Assembly (NCBI GenBank): GCA_964602735.1
Contig: CAZRRV010000001.1
Location: 38,900 to 102,899, forward strand
Direction: 5' to 3'
DNA length: 64,000 nucleotides
Source of the DNA: an uncultured Eubacteriales bacterium
GTDB lineage: Bacteria; Bacillota; Clostridia; Oscillospirales; Acutalibacteraceae
The notes under the pieces are model-generated. The model saw only the letters and a list, made by a program, of their open reading frames with translations, made no database searches and was not told where the DNA came from. Each line of letters opens with the position of its first letter. Position 1 is the first letter of the stretch. Made by a program: the position numbers and the translations under genes. Below are positions 48,421 through 57,238 of the stretch, in pieces.

Positions 48421-50834
48421 GAAAAAATTGCAACGGTGGTGAGCAATCAGTGAATTTGCTGGATGATATAAAAAGTCGCCGTATGTTTTTCGACGGCGCG
48501 GCCGGCACCTATTTCCAAATGCATGGGATAAGCGAACCGCCGTATCTTCTGAATATGAACAACCCTTCAATCGTTGAGGAAATGCATGCGGAATATATAT
48601 ACGCGGGTGCCGACATTATTACGCTGAATACTTTCGGGTTAAGCGGACTGAACGGCGGGGATTGCCGTGAAATTATAAAAGCCGCCGCCGGTTGCGCGAA
48701 CAGGGCGATAAACCGTGCATCCGGCGGCAGAAAAATATATACCGCTCTCGATATCGGGCCTACCGGTCGGCTTTTACAGCCGTTAGGTGATTTGCCTTTT
48801 GAAGAAGCCGTTTCGATTTTTTCGGGGATTATACACTCCGCCGGCGATGTAACGGATTTTATTTTGATTGAAACAATGAATGACAGTTTGGAAACCAAAG
48901 CCGCAGTTGTCGCCGCCAAAGAAAGTTCGAATCTTCCGATTTTTGTGACTAACGCTTATGAAAAAACCGGGAGGCTGCTTACGGGTGCCGACGCTTTTTC
49001 AATGGCTGTGATGTTGGAAGGGCTCGGCGTAAGCGCTTTGGGAGTGAATTGCGGGTTCGGGCCCGGAGAGGCTTTGCCTGTCGTTAAAGAACTTGTCAAA
49101 CGCTCTTCAATTCCCGTCATCGCCATGCCAAACGCGGGCTTGCCGCGCTCAAACGGCGGTAACGCGGAGTATGATCTCCCGGCGAACGAATTTGCCGAAC
49201 AAATGAGAGAACTGGCCAAAAGCGGCGCCTGTATATTAGGCGGATGCTGCGGCACAACACCCGAGTATATTGAAAAAACGATTGACGCCGTCCGCGATAT
49301 TCCGTATGTCTACCCCGAAAAAAAGCATTATACCGCAGTGTCATCATACGGAAGAACCGTTTTGTTCGAAGGGATCGCCGTACCCGTAGGCGAGCGCATA
49401 AACCCTACCGGCAAGCCGCGGCTTAAAGAGGCGCTTCGCAGCGGCGATGTATCTTATATTTTAAGCGAAGGGTTGCGTCAGCGTGAAAAAGGAGCGCTGA
49501 TTTTAGATGTTAATGTCGGTCTCCCGGAAATTAACGAACCCGAAATGCTGAAAACAGCTGTACGGGAATTGCAATCGGTATGCGAATTGCCCTTGCAGGT
49601 CGACACCGCAGATCCGGCCGCGATGGAAGGCGCAATGCGTATATATAACGGTAAACCGATGGTAAATTCCGTAAACGGGAAAGCCGAGAGTTTAAGAGCG
49701 GTTTTACCGCTTGTTAAAAAGTACGGCGGTGTCGCGGTTGCGCTTACCTTAGATGAGAACGGAATCCCCGGCAGTGCCGAGGACAGGATAAAAATAGCCG
49801 ATAGAATACTCGGCGCCGCCGCAGAATACGGTATTGACGAACACGATATTATTTTCGATCCGCTCGCTATGGCGGTAAGCGCCGATAATAACGCCGCGAT
49901 TACCGCCGTTGAAACGGTAAACCGGCTCAGTCTTGCGGGGCGTAAAACCATCCTGGGTGTTTCTAATATTTCGTTCGGATTGCCGAACCGCGGAGGATTA
50001 ACGGCGACATTCCTGACCCTTGCCATGCAATCCGGACTGAGCGCCGCAATATTAAATCCCGATTCCGAAGAGGTAATGGGTGCATACCGATCTTTTGCTG
50101 CTTTAACCGGGGACGATCCCGATTTCAGGCAGTATATAGCGTTTTGCGACGGTAAATCGTCCGACAACGGGCGACCCGATGCGGCACAGACCGTAGATCT
50201 TTCTGCCGCTATAGAAAAAGGGCTTAAAGACGCGGCCGCGACCTCCGCGGTTGAACTGTTAAAATCCGAGGAACCTATGGCCGTCGTTAACGGAAAAATT
50301 ATTCCGGCTCTCGACAGGGTGGGTAAAGGTTTTGAAAACAAAACCGTTTATTTGCCCGGTTTGCTTATGAGCGCCGAGGCGGCGCAGGCAGCTTTTGAAC
50401 AAATCCGATTACATTCAAGCGCAAATGCAAATAAAAAGAATTGTCCTCCTGTTATATTGGCTACCGTTGAAGGCGATATACACGACATTGGAAAAAATAT
50501 CGTAAAATTATTGCTGGAAAATTACGGTTTTACGGTAATTGATTTAGGGAAAGATGTTCCCGCCGAGAAAATTATCGAGAGCGCCGTCGCTTCCAATTCA
50601 ACTTTGGTCGGATTAAGCGCGCTTATGACTACAACCGTTCCCGCGATGGCAAAAACGGTCGCCGGATTGCATAAGGTTTTACCTGAATGTAAAGTAGCTG
50701 TCGGCGGTGCCGTTCTTAACGAAAATATTGCGCAATCGATGAATGCGGACCGCTATTGCCGTGACGCCATGGAAACCGTTCGCTACGCTCAGGAGATTTT
50801 ATTAGGTCAGCATCCTGTCGGCTTTCCCGAATAA
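48417..50834 (+). CDS. metH: Methionine synthase: Hcy-S-methyltransferase, pterin-binding and B12-binding domains, without the activation domain
   Basis: Contains FDGAAGT, GGCCGTTPE, a pterin-binding barrel, and the B12-binding motif EGDIHDIGKNIV. The start is the TTG at 48417 (overlapping the upstream stop) or the GTG at 48450. Confidence 0.9.
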   Translation: MRKNCNGGEQSVNLLDDIKSRRMFFDGAAGTYFQMHGISEPPYLLNMNNPSIVEEMHAEYIYAGADIITLNTFGLSGLNGGDCREIIKAAAGCANRAINRASGGRKIYTALDIGPTGRLLQPLGDLPFEEAVSIFSGIIHSAGDVTDFILIETMNDSLETKAAVVAAKESSNLPIFVTNAYEKTGRLLTGADAFSMAVMLEGLGVSALGVNCGFGPGEALPVVKELVKRSSIPVIAMPNAGLPRSNGGNAEYDLPANEFAEQMRELAKSGACILGGCCGTTPEYIEKTIDAVRDIPYVYPEKKHYTAVSSYGRTVLFEGIAVPVGERINPTGKPRLKEALRSGDVSYILSEGLRQREKGALILDVNVGLPEINEPEMLKTAVRELQSVCELPLQVDTADPAAMEGAMRIYNGKPMVNSVNGKAESLRAVLPLVKKYGGVAVALTLDENGIPGSAEDRIKIADRILGAAAEYGIDEHDIIFDPLAMAVSADNNAAITAVETVNRLSLAGRKTILGVSNISFGLPNRGGLTATFLTLAMQSGLSAAILNPDSEEVMGAYRSFAALTGDDPDFRQYIAFCDGKSSDNGRPDAAQTVDLSAAIEKGLKDAAATSAVELLKSEEPMAVVNGKIIPALDRVGKGFENKTVYLPGLLMSAEAAQAAFEQIRLHSSANANKKNCPPVILATVEGDIHDIGKNIVKLLLENYGFTVIDLGKDVPAEKIIESAVASNSTLVGLSALMTTTVPAMAKTVAGLHKVLPECKVAVGGAVLNENIAQSMNADRYCRDAMETVRYAQEILLGQHPVGFPE

Positions 50835-50957
50835 ATAAACTACGACGGATGAAAAATCCGATGAAGATACCTTGCTGTGTTTATATTTTGCGAAAATTAC
50901 GGTACAATCGTACATTTTGGGCGAAATTTGGAGTGTTGCGGGTGTTCTTAAAATAAA

Positions 50958-50985
50958 TTGACATTATAAAAAAACAATGTATAAT
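50958..50985 (+). promoter_or_regulatory. Consensus promoter upstream of tRNA-Leu
   Basis: TTGACA (50958-50963), a 16-nt spacer, then TATAAT (50980-50985) preceded by TG. Confidence 0.65.
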
Positions 50986-51005
50986 AAATATGCGGTGAAC
51001 AGTAT

Positions 51006-51089
51006 GCCGCTGTGGTGGAATTGGCAGACACAAGGGACTTAAAATCCCTCGATAGCAATATCGTACCGGTTCAAGTCCGGTCAGCGGCA
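51006..51089 (+). tRNA. tRNA-Leu (anticodon UAA), type II with long variable arm
   Basis: Acceptor stem GCCGCTG/CAGCGGC, D-arm GTG...CAC, anticodon stem AGGGA/TCCCT with loop CTTAAAA, long variable arm CGATAGCAATATCG, and T-arm ACCGG-TTCAAGT-CCGGT. CCA is not encoded and a T-run follows. Confidence 0.92.
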
Positions 51090-51137
51090 CCGTTTTTTGT
51101 TGTACATATGTGTGTAAATGTGTAAAGAAGAATCAAT

Positions 51138-52610
51138 ATGAATATTCCGCAAATAAATATCGGAATTATTGCCGTATCCCGTGATTGTTTTCCGAGAAAA
51201 CTGTCGGAGCGTCGGCGTAAAGCGGTGGTCGACGCTTTCGGTGACGGAATTTACGAATGCCCGGTGACGGTTGAAACCGAAACAGACGCTTTACGTGCGC
51301 TTGACGATGTTAAAAACGCCGGTTGCAATGCACTTTGCGTTTATCTGGGCAACTTCGGACCCGAATCTCCCGAAACCATGGTTGCACAAAAATTCGACGG
51401 CCCGGTTATGTATGCCGCCGCGGCGGAGGGAGACGGCAATCTGATTGACGGACGCGGCGATGCTTACTGCGGAATGTTGAATTGTTCCTATAACTTAAAG
51501 TTAAAAAATGTTAAAGCTTATATTCCGCCTTATCCCGTCGGTACGGCGGAGGAAGTCGCAGGAATGATAAAAGATTTTCTGCCAGTGGCCCGCGCGATTG
51601 AAGGAGTTGAAAAACTTAAGATCATCACATTCGGACCGCGACCGCAGGAGTTTTTCGCATGCAACGCACCTATACAGGGGCTTTATGATTTAGGTGTTGA
51701 AATAGAAGAAAATTCCGAACTTGACTTGCTTTCCGCATTTAATGCGCATAAAGGCGATGCGAGAATTGACGGGGTTTGCGAAGAGATGGCAACCGAAATG
51801 GGGAAGGGGAATTACTATAAAGATTTGCTTCCCGTTTTGGCTCAATTCGAACTTACATTGCTCGACTGGGCAAGCGAACATAAAGGCGCAAAACAATATG
51901 TCGCTTTCGCAAACAAGTGCTGGCCGGAATTTCCGAAATTTTTCGGCTTTGTGCCGTGTTATGTAAATTCGAGAATGACGGCGAAAGGTATACCGGTGGC
52001 GTGTGAGGTCGATATCTACGGTGCGTTAAGCGAATATATCGGTGAATGTGTTACCGGGGATACCGTAGCGCTGTTGGATATAAATAATTCTGTTCCGAAA
52101 TCTCTTTTCGACAGCGAAATCGCCGGTAAATACAACTGTAAAATTACCGACACTTTTATGGGCTTTCACTGCGGTAACACGGCATCGTGTAAATTATGCG
52201 CCGGGCGTTCGGTAAAATATCAGCTTATTATGCACCGCCAGATTGACCCCGATATAAATGTTCCCGAATTTACGCGTGGCACAATAGAAGGCAATATTAT
52301 ACCTTCACCGATAACACTTTACAGGCTTCAGTGCGGAAGCGACGGTAATTTGACTTCATATGCAGCTCAGGGCGAGGTGCTTCCCGTTAAAGCCGATTCA
52401 TTCGGCAGTATAGGGGTGTTTGCAATACCCGAAATGGGGCGTTTTTATCGCCATGTGTTAATTGAGAAGCATTTTCCTCATCACGGCGCTGTCGCGTTCG
52501 CTCATTGCGGCAAAAGTATTTTCGAGGTATTCAAATATCTCGGAATTGAAGAAATCGGCTATAATCATCCGAAACAACTCCCGTATACAACCGAAAATCC
52601 TTGGGAGTAA
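51138..52610 (+). CDS. L-fucose/L-arabinose-isomerase-like family protein
   Basis: 490 aa. The N-terminal IGIIAVSRDCFP... and overall length resemble FucI-related sugar isomerases. Substrate unknown. Confidence 0.55.
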   Translation: MNIPQINIGIIAVSRDCFPRKLSERRRKAVVDAFGDGIYECPVTVETETDALRALDDVKNAGCNALCVYLGNFGPESPETMVAQKFDGPVMYAAAAEGDGNLIDGRGDAYCGMLNCSYNLKLKNVKAYIPPYPVGTAEEVAGMIKDFLPVARAIEGVEKLKIITFGPRPQEFFACNAPIQGLYDLGVEIEENSELDLLSAFNAHKGDARIDGVCEEMATEMGKGNYYKDLLPVLAQFELTLLDWASEHKGAKQYVAFANKCWPEFPKFFGFVPCYVNSRMTAKGIPVACEVDIYGALSEYIGECVTGDTVALLDINNSVPKSLFDSEIAGKYNCKITDTFMGFHCGNTASCKLCAGRSVKYQLIMHRQIDPDINVPEFTRGTIEGNIIPSPITLYRLQCGSDGNLTSYAAQGEVLPVKADSFGSIGVFAIPEMGRFYRHVLIEKHFPHHGAVAFAHCGKSIFEVFKYLGIEEIGYNHPKQLPYTTENPWE

Positions 52611-52667
52611 TTTAATTTTTCAATAAATCCGTCCTTAATATTTAACGGTAGAAAAGGCGACTTAAAA

Positions 52668-54050
52668 TTGAAAACAAAAATTGCCGAAGATAAAATATTG
52701 GATTCGGCTCACAGGATCCATATGATAGGCATAGGCGGTTCGGGAATGTGCCCGATCGCCGAGATTCTTCATTCAAAAGGATATATAATAACCGGCTCCG
52801 ATAATAACGAAAGCGATAATTTGCGGCGCATTCGCAACCTTGGAATTAAAGTTTATATGGGACATTCCGCCGGGAATGTTCACGGCGCGGATGTTGTTGT
52901 GTTTTCGGCCGCAATTCATCCCGATAATCCCGAAATAGCCAAAGCAAACAGCTTAAATATTCCGATTTTGGAACGGTCGCATGTTTTGGGATATCTCACT
53001 CGAAAATACGATAAAGTAATCGGCGTTTCGGGTACTCACGGAAAAACCACTACATCGTCGATGATTACTCAAATTTTAATTCAAAACGGATACAGTCCGT
53101 CCGCCGTAATAGGGGGGAGGCTTCCTCTGATAAACGCGAACGGAATTGTCGGGGACAGCGAATATATGGTTTGCGAATCCTGCGAATTTGTGGATTCGTT
53201 TCTGCAAATTTCTCCCGATACCGCCGTGTTGCTAAACATCGACAACGATCATTTAGATTATTTTAAAACAATGGATAATCTGTGTGCTTCATTTCGTAAG
53301 TTTGTTTTCAAAGCTTCGGTTGCGGTTTGCAACGGTGATGACCCGCTTGTAAAAGAAGCGCTGAAAAATTACGGGGGAAAGTTAATTACTTTCGGGATGA
53401 ACACAGATAACAGCTATTATGCGGACAATATTACCGACTGCGGCAACGGAAAAAAATTCCGTATCTGCCGTAAGGGCAAACCCGATGTTTCGATTGAATT
53501 AAATATTCCCGGTATTCATAATGTTTACAATGCGCTGGCGGCTTTCGCGGTTGCGGAATTTTACGGTGTTGAACCGCGGGGCATTGCGGCTTCGCTGGAA
53601 AGTTTCAAAGGCGCGGGGCGAAGATTCGAGCGGCTCGGCGAGTTCGACGGCATTGCTCTTGTAGACGATTACGCGCATCATCCGACGGAAATCAGAGCCA
53701 CATTAACCGCCGCGCGACAGATGAACCGCAACCGCGTTATAGCCGTTTTTCAACCGTTTACATATTCGAGAACCTCTTTGTTGCTTAACGATTTTGTTGC
53801 CGCGCTGTCAATGGCGGATGTTGTCGTACTTTCCGAAATAATGGGCTCGCGCGAAACGAACGAAACCGGTGTTTCTTCGTCGGATATTGCCGAAAAACTG
53901 AAGGATGCGACGGTAATAAAAGATTTTGACGAAATCGCCGATTATGTTTTGAAAATTGCGTCACCCGGCGATTTGATAGTCACCATGGGCGGTGGTGATA
54001 TTTATAAAGTCGCATATAAAATCCGGGATTCCCTGCGGGGGATAAAGTGA
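52668..54050 (+). CDS. murC: UDP-N-acetylmuramate--L-alanine ligase
   Basis: Contains IHMIGIGGSGMCPIAEIL and GVSGTHGKTTTSSM. TTG start. Confidence 0.92.
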   Translation: MKTKIAEDKILDSAHRIHMIGIGGSGMCPIAEILHSKGYIITGSDNNESDNLRRIRNLGIKVYMGHSAGNVHGADVVVFSAAIHPDNPEIAKANSLNIPILERSHVLGYLTRKYDKVIGVSGTHGKTTTSSMITQILIQNGYSPSAVIGGRLPLINANGIVGDSEYMVCESCEFVDSFLQISPDTAVLLNIDNDHLDYFKTMDNLCASFRKFVFKASVAVCNGDDPLVKEALKNYGGKLITFGMNTDNSYYADNITDCGNGKKFRICRKGKPDVSIELNIPGIHNVYNALAAFAVAEFYGVEPRGIAASLESFKGAGRRFERLGEFDGIALVDDYAHHPTEIRATLTAARQMNRNRVIAVFQPFTYSRTSLLLNDFVAALSMADVVVLSEIMGSRETNETGVSSSDIAEKLKDATVIKDFDEIADYVLKIASPGDLIVTMGGGDIYKVAYKIRDSLRGIK

Positions 54051-54052
54051 TT

Positions 54053-54104
54053 ATATGTTTATCCGAAATGCCTCTATCTATTGGATAAAGATATGTTTAT
54101 CCAA
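54053..54104. repeat. Cluster of three recombinase-arm-like half-sites; candidate dif-like core site
   Basis: TTTATCC occurs at 54058-54064 and 54098-54104 (direct), and its complement GGATAAA at 54083-54089. TTGGATAAA-GATATG-TTTATCCAA (54081-54104) is a perfect 9-6-9 palindrome. The 12-nt direct repeat ATATGTTTATCC occurs at 54053 and 54091. Confidence 0.45.
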
Positions 54105-54137
54105 GAGATAGGCGTAAAACTATGTGGAGGAGCAAAT

Positions 54138-55175
54138 ATGGCCGCGATTTACGGAGACGAGATAAAACACAAAAATATGCTTAAAATAAAAGAGCTGCTA
54201 TCCGAAATGCCCGATTATGTTCGCGCATATTTTTCCTCAAGGCGGACCAATACAACGACAAAAACACGTTTGGCTTATGCTTACGATTTAAAAAAATTCT
54301 TTGCCTGGCTTAAACTTTCCAACAGCGAATTGAAAACCACTCCGATTAAGGATATTTCACTCGATGTACTGTCGCGTCTTACGGCACAGGATATAAACGA
54401 ATATTTAGATTACCTTCAAACCGATGCCGATGAAATTAACGATGATGTTACGGTTGCGCGTAAGATTTCATGTTTAAGTTCTTTTTTTAATTATCTGGTC
54501 GTAAACGACGGTATTGCCGCGAATCCATGCGATAAAATTATAAAGCCAAGATTAAAAAACGACCGCAGAATTATACGCCTTTCACCCGACGAGGTTGTAA
54601 AACTGTTGGACGCCATAGAGTTCGGATGTGAAAATATGTCACAAAGGCAGAAAAACTATCTGAAAAATACCCGTGAGCGGGATTTGGCAATAGCTACTCT
54701 TATGCTCGGCACCGGAATACGGGTTTCGGAATGCGTCGGGTTGAACCGTAAAGATTTAGACTTTGAAAACTGCAAGATAAGCATTCTTCGTAAAGGCGAC
54801 AAACACCAATTTGTAGCTATGGGCGACGAGGTAATCGAAGCGTTAAATAAATATCTTAAAATAAGGAATGCCGTTACGCCCGTTGACGCCGATGACGCGG
54901 ATGCACTGTTCCTTTCCACACAAAAAAAGCGCATAAGCGTTCAGGCGGTGGAAAATATGATAACGAAATACGCGGATTTTATCGGTACCCGAGAGCATAT
55001 TACACCGCATAAACTTCGTAAAACATATGGTACCGAATTATACGATGAAACCGGAGACATTTATCTGGTCGCACGCGCTCTCGGCCACGAAAGCGTTAAT
55101 ACAACTAAAGACCATTATATTGCCACAAATGAAGACAGCTTGTTACGGGCGCGCAATAAGGTAAAATTGCGGTAG
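54138..55175 (+). CDS. Tyrosine recombinase, XerS-like architecture
   Basis: The ATG at 54138 follows RBS GGAGGA. MPDYVRAYFSS..., NTRERDLAIATLMLGTGIRVSE, ITPHKLRKTYGTELYDETGD and LGHESVNTTKDHY parallel streptococcal XerS (recalled: [41 protein letters not shown]). The Arg-I, HxxR, His and Tyr catalytic positions are all present. Confidence 0.7.
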   Translation: MAAIYGDEIKHKNMLKIKELLSEMPDYVRAYFSSRRTNTTTKTRLAYAYDLKKFFAWLKLSNSELKTTPIKDISLDVLSRLTAQDINEYLDYLQTDADEINDDVTVARKISCLSSFFNYLVVNDGIAANPCDKIIKPRLKNDRRIIRLSPDEVVKLLDAIEFGCENMSQRQKNYLKNTRERDLAIATLMLGTGIRVSECVGLNRKDLDFENCKISILRKGDKHQFVAMGDEVIEALNKYLKIRNAVTPVDADDADALFLSTQKKRISVQAVENMITKYADFIGTREHITPHKLRKTYGTELYDETGDIYLVARALGHESVNTTKDHYIATNEDSLLRARNKVKLR

Positions 55176-55281
55176 CGATCGAACCCGCATACGGCGTTAA
55201 GAAAATCACGTTATATTAAGACAACAACGCTCATATGATGTGCGATAATTATGCGATATTGGTCAGAAATATATTAAGAAA

Positions 55282-55318
55282 ACGCCGCCCGGAATTACCG
55301 TTCAAAACCGGGCGGCGT
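55282..55318 (-). terminator. Intrinsic terminator, mainly for htpG
   Basis: ACGCCGCCCGG (55282-55292) pairs with CCGGGCGGCGT (55308-55318). On the minus strand it is followed by TTTTCTT. Confidence 0.7.
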
Positions 55319-55337
55319 ATTATTCGGATTTTGCAAA

Positions 55338-57218
55338 CTATTTTGCTATATCACAAATAAGTTGGGAAAATTCGGTAGGATTTTCAACAGGCAATCCGCT
55401 TATCAACCGAGCTGCGGAGAAAAGCACCTTCGTATATTTTTTTAATGTTTCCTTATCGGAGCCGAACAACTGCTGCAGTTTTGCGGCGATGGGGTGCTTT
55501 TCGTTTATTTCCAAAATTACCTTTGCTTTTACTTTTTCGCCTACCGGCATACTGTTTAATACTTTTTCCATATCAACCGAAAGGCCGCCGTCGCTTACCA
55601 GACATACCGGGTAATCTTTAAGGTTCGCGGTAAAACGGACTTCCGTTACGGCATCACCCAGTGTTTCTTTCATAAAAGCGAAAAGATCTTTCGCTTCTTC
55701 GTTCCGGGATTTAAGTTCGGCGTTTTCTTCTTCGCTTTCAAGCCCCAAATCGCCGTCGGATACATTGTGAAACTTTTTGTCTTCAAAAGTCCCTAAAGTT
55801 TGCAGGCAAAACTCGTCGACATTAACGGTAAGATAAAGCGTATCATACCCTTTTGACCGCACAGCTTCCAGTTGCGGAAGCATATCGATTTTATCGTTGG
55901 TCTCGCCGCAGGCATAGTATATTTCTTTTTGACCTTCCGGCATTTTCGCGATATATTCCGAAAGTGTTATAAGTTTTTTTCCGTTGCCGGATCGGAACAT
56001 GAGAAGATCTTTCAGACTGTCTTTATTTACTCCGTAATCGTTATAAACGCCGAATTTTATCTGTGTGCCGAATGTATCCCAGAATTTTTCGTATTTTTCC
56101 CGTTCGCCGTCGAGCATTTTTTTAAGTTCGGAGTGAATTTTTTTCTCGATTGTTTTTGCGATAAGTTTTAGCTGATGATCGTGCTGCAACATTTCACGCG
56201 AAATATTAAGCGATAAATCCGCGCTGTCGACAAGTCCTTTCACAAAACTGTAGTAATCGGGCAACAGTTCCGCGCAGTGTTCCTCAACCATAACGCCGTT
56301 GGAATACAGCGCAAGACCTTTTTTGAAATCTTTGGAATAATAGTCGTAAGGCGCTCGGGCCGGGATATACAGCAACGCATCGTATGTTATCTGTCCTTCG
56401 GTTTTCGCGTGCGTGTAATGAAGAGGATCTTCGTAATCATAAAATTTATCCTTATAAAACTGATTATATTCCTCCGGGGTTATTTCCGATTTATTTTTTC
56501 TCCAAATCGGTACCATGCTGTTAAGCGTTTTAAGCTCTTTAACGGTTTCATATTCGTCCTTGCTGCCCTCTTTTAGCCGGCTTTCTTCCATTTCCATACG
56601 GATTGGATAACGGATGTAGTCGGAGTATTTTTTTACCAGCGCGGAAAGCCTGTATTCTTCCAAAAATTCATCATAATTTTCGTTTTCCGTATTGGCTTTA
56701 ATATGTAAAGTTATTACAGTCCCGAAATTTTCGAGTTCCGCCGGTTCTACCGTATAGCCGTCGACTCCGTCGCTGACCCAGCGGAAAGCACCGTCGGAAC
56801 CGTAAGCCCGACTGACGACTTCAACGCGATCACTCACCATGAACGCGGAGTAAAATCCCACGCCGAACTGCCCTATTATCTCAACATCTTTTGCATCGGC
56901 ATTTTCCTGCTTAAACGCGCCCGAACCGCTCTTGGCTATGGTCCCCAGATTTTGTTCAAGTTCTTCTTCCGTCATTCCGCAACCGTTGTCTGCAACCGTA
57001 AGGGTTCTCGCAGTTTTATCCGGTGTGAGCAAAATATTGAAATCTTCCCGCTTTAACCCCACATCGGTATCGGTCAGCGATCGAAAATACAATTTGTCGA
57101 GTGCGTCGCTGGCGTTTGAAATCAATTCGCGCAAAAAAATCTCTTTATGTGTGTAAATCGAGTGAATCATCATGTCGAGCAGTTTCTGTGATTCCGCCTT
57201 AAACTGTTTCTTTCTCAT
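55338..57218 (-). CDS. htpG: Molecular chaperone HtpG (Hsp90)
   Basis: FKAESQKLLDMMIHSIYTHKEIFLRELISNASDALDK...GQFGVGFYSAF is the GHKL ATPase N-domain. 626 aa. Confidence 0.95.
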   Translation of the reverse strand: MRKKQFKAESQKLLDMMIHSIYTHKEIFLRELISNASDALDKLYFRSLTDTDVGLKREDFNILLTPDKTARTLTVADNGCGMTEEELEQNLGTIAKSGSGAFKQENADAKDVEIIGQFGVGFYSAFMVSDRVEVVSRAYGSDGAFRWVSDGVDGYTVEPAELENFGTVITLHIKANTENENYDEFLEEYRLSALVKKYSDYIRYPIRMEMEESRLKEGSKDEYETVKELKTLNSMVPIWRKNKSEITPEEYNQFYKDKFYDYEDPLHYTHAKTEGQITYDALLYIPARAPYDYYSKDFKKGLALYSNGVMVEEHCAELLPDYYSFVKGLVDSADLSLNISREMLQHDHQLKLIAKTIEKKIHSELKKMLDGEREKYEKFWDTFGTQIKFGVYNDYGVNKDSLKDLLMFRSGNGKKLITLSEYIAKMPEGQKEIYYACGETNDKIDMLPQLEAVRSKGYDTLYLTVNVDEFCLQTLGTFEDKKFHNVSDGDLGLESEEENAELKSRNEEAKDLFAFMKETLGDAVTEVRFTANLKDYPVCLVSDGGLSVDMEKVLNSMPVGEKVKAKVILEINEKHPIAAKLQQLFGSDKETLKKYTKVLFSAARLISGLPVENPTEFSQLICDIAK

Positions 57219-57238
57219 AAAATATTCTTCCTCTCTTA

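Noticed and set aside
49478-50341. Long antisense ORFs inside well-supported genes. Examples are 49478-50341 (287 aa, in metH), 45493-46167 (in argS), 60802-61419 (in oadG/oadB), 30272-30895 (in dnaG), 20539-21210 (in cysS/cysE), 16152-16694 (in hisF) and 3884-4540.
   Set aside because: Each lies opposite a gene with unmistakable family motifs. The translations are low-complexity and rich in Arg, Ser and Pro, with no recognisable domains or RBS. These are typical shadow ORFs.
50881-51090. A 69-aa minus-strand ORF.
   Set aside because: It is fully explained by the tRNA-Leu gene and its promoter on the opposite strand.
54071-54119. An apparent 10-bp inverted repeat, GCCTCTATCT...AGAGATAGGC, around the recombinase-proximal palindrome.
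   Set aside because: On checking, the arms are not complementary (CCTCTATCT versus reverse-complement CCTATCTCT). Only the inner TTGGATAAA/TTTATCCAA arms pair.
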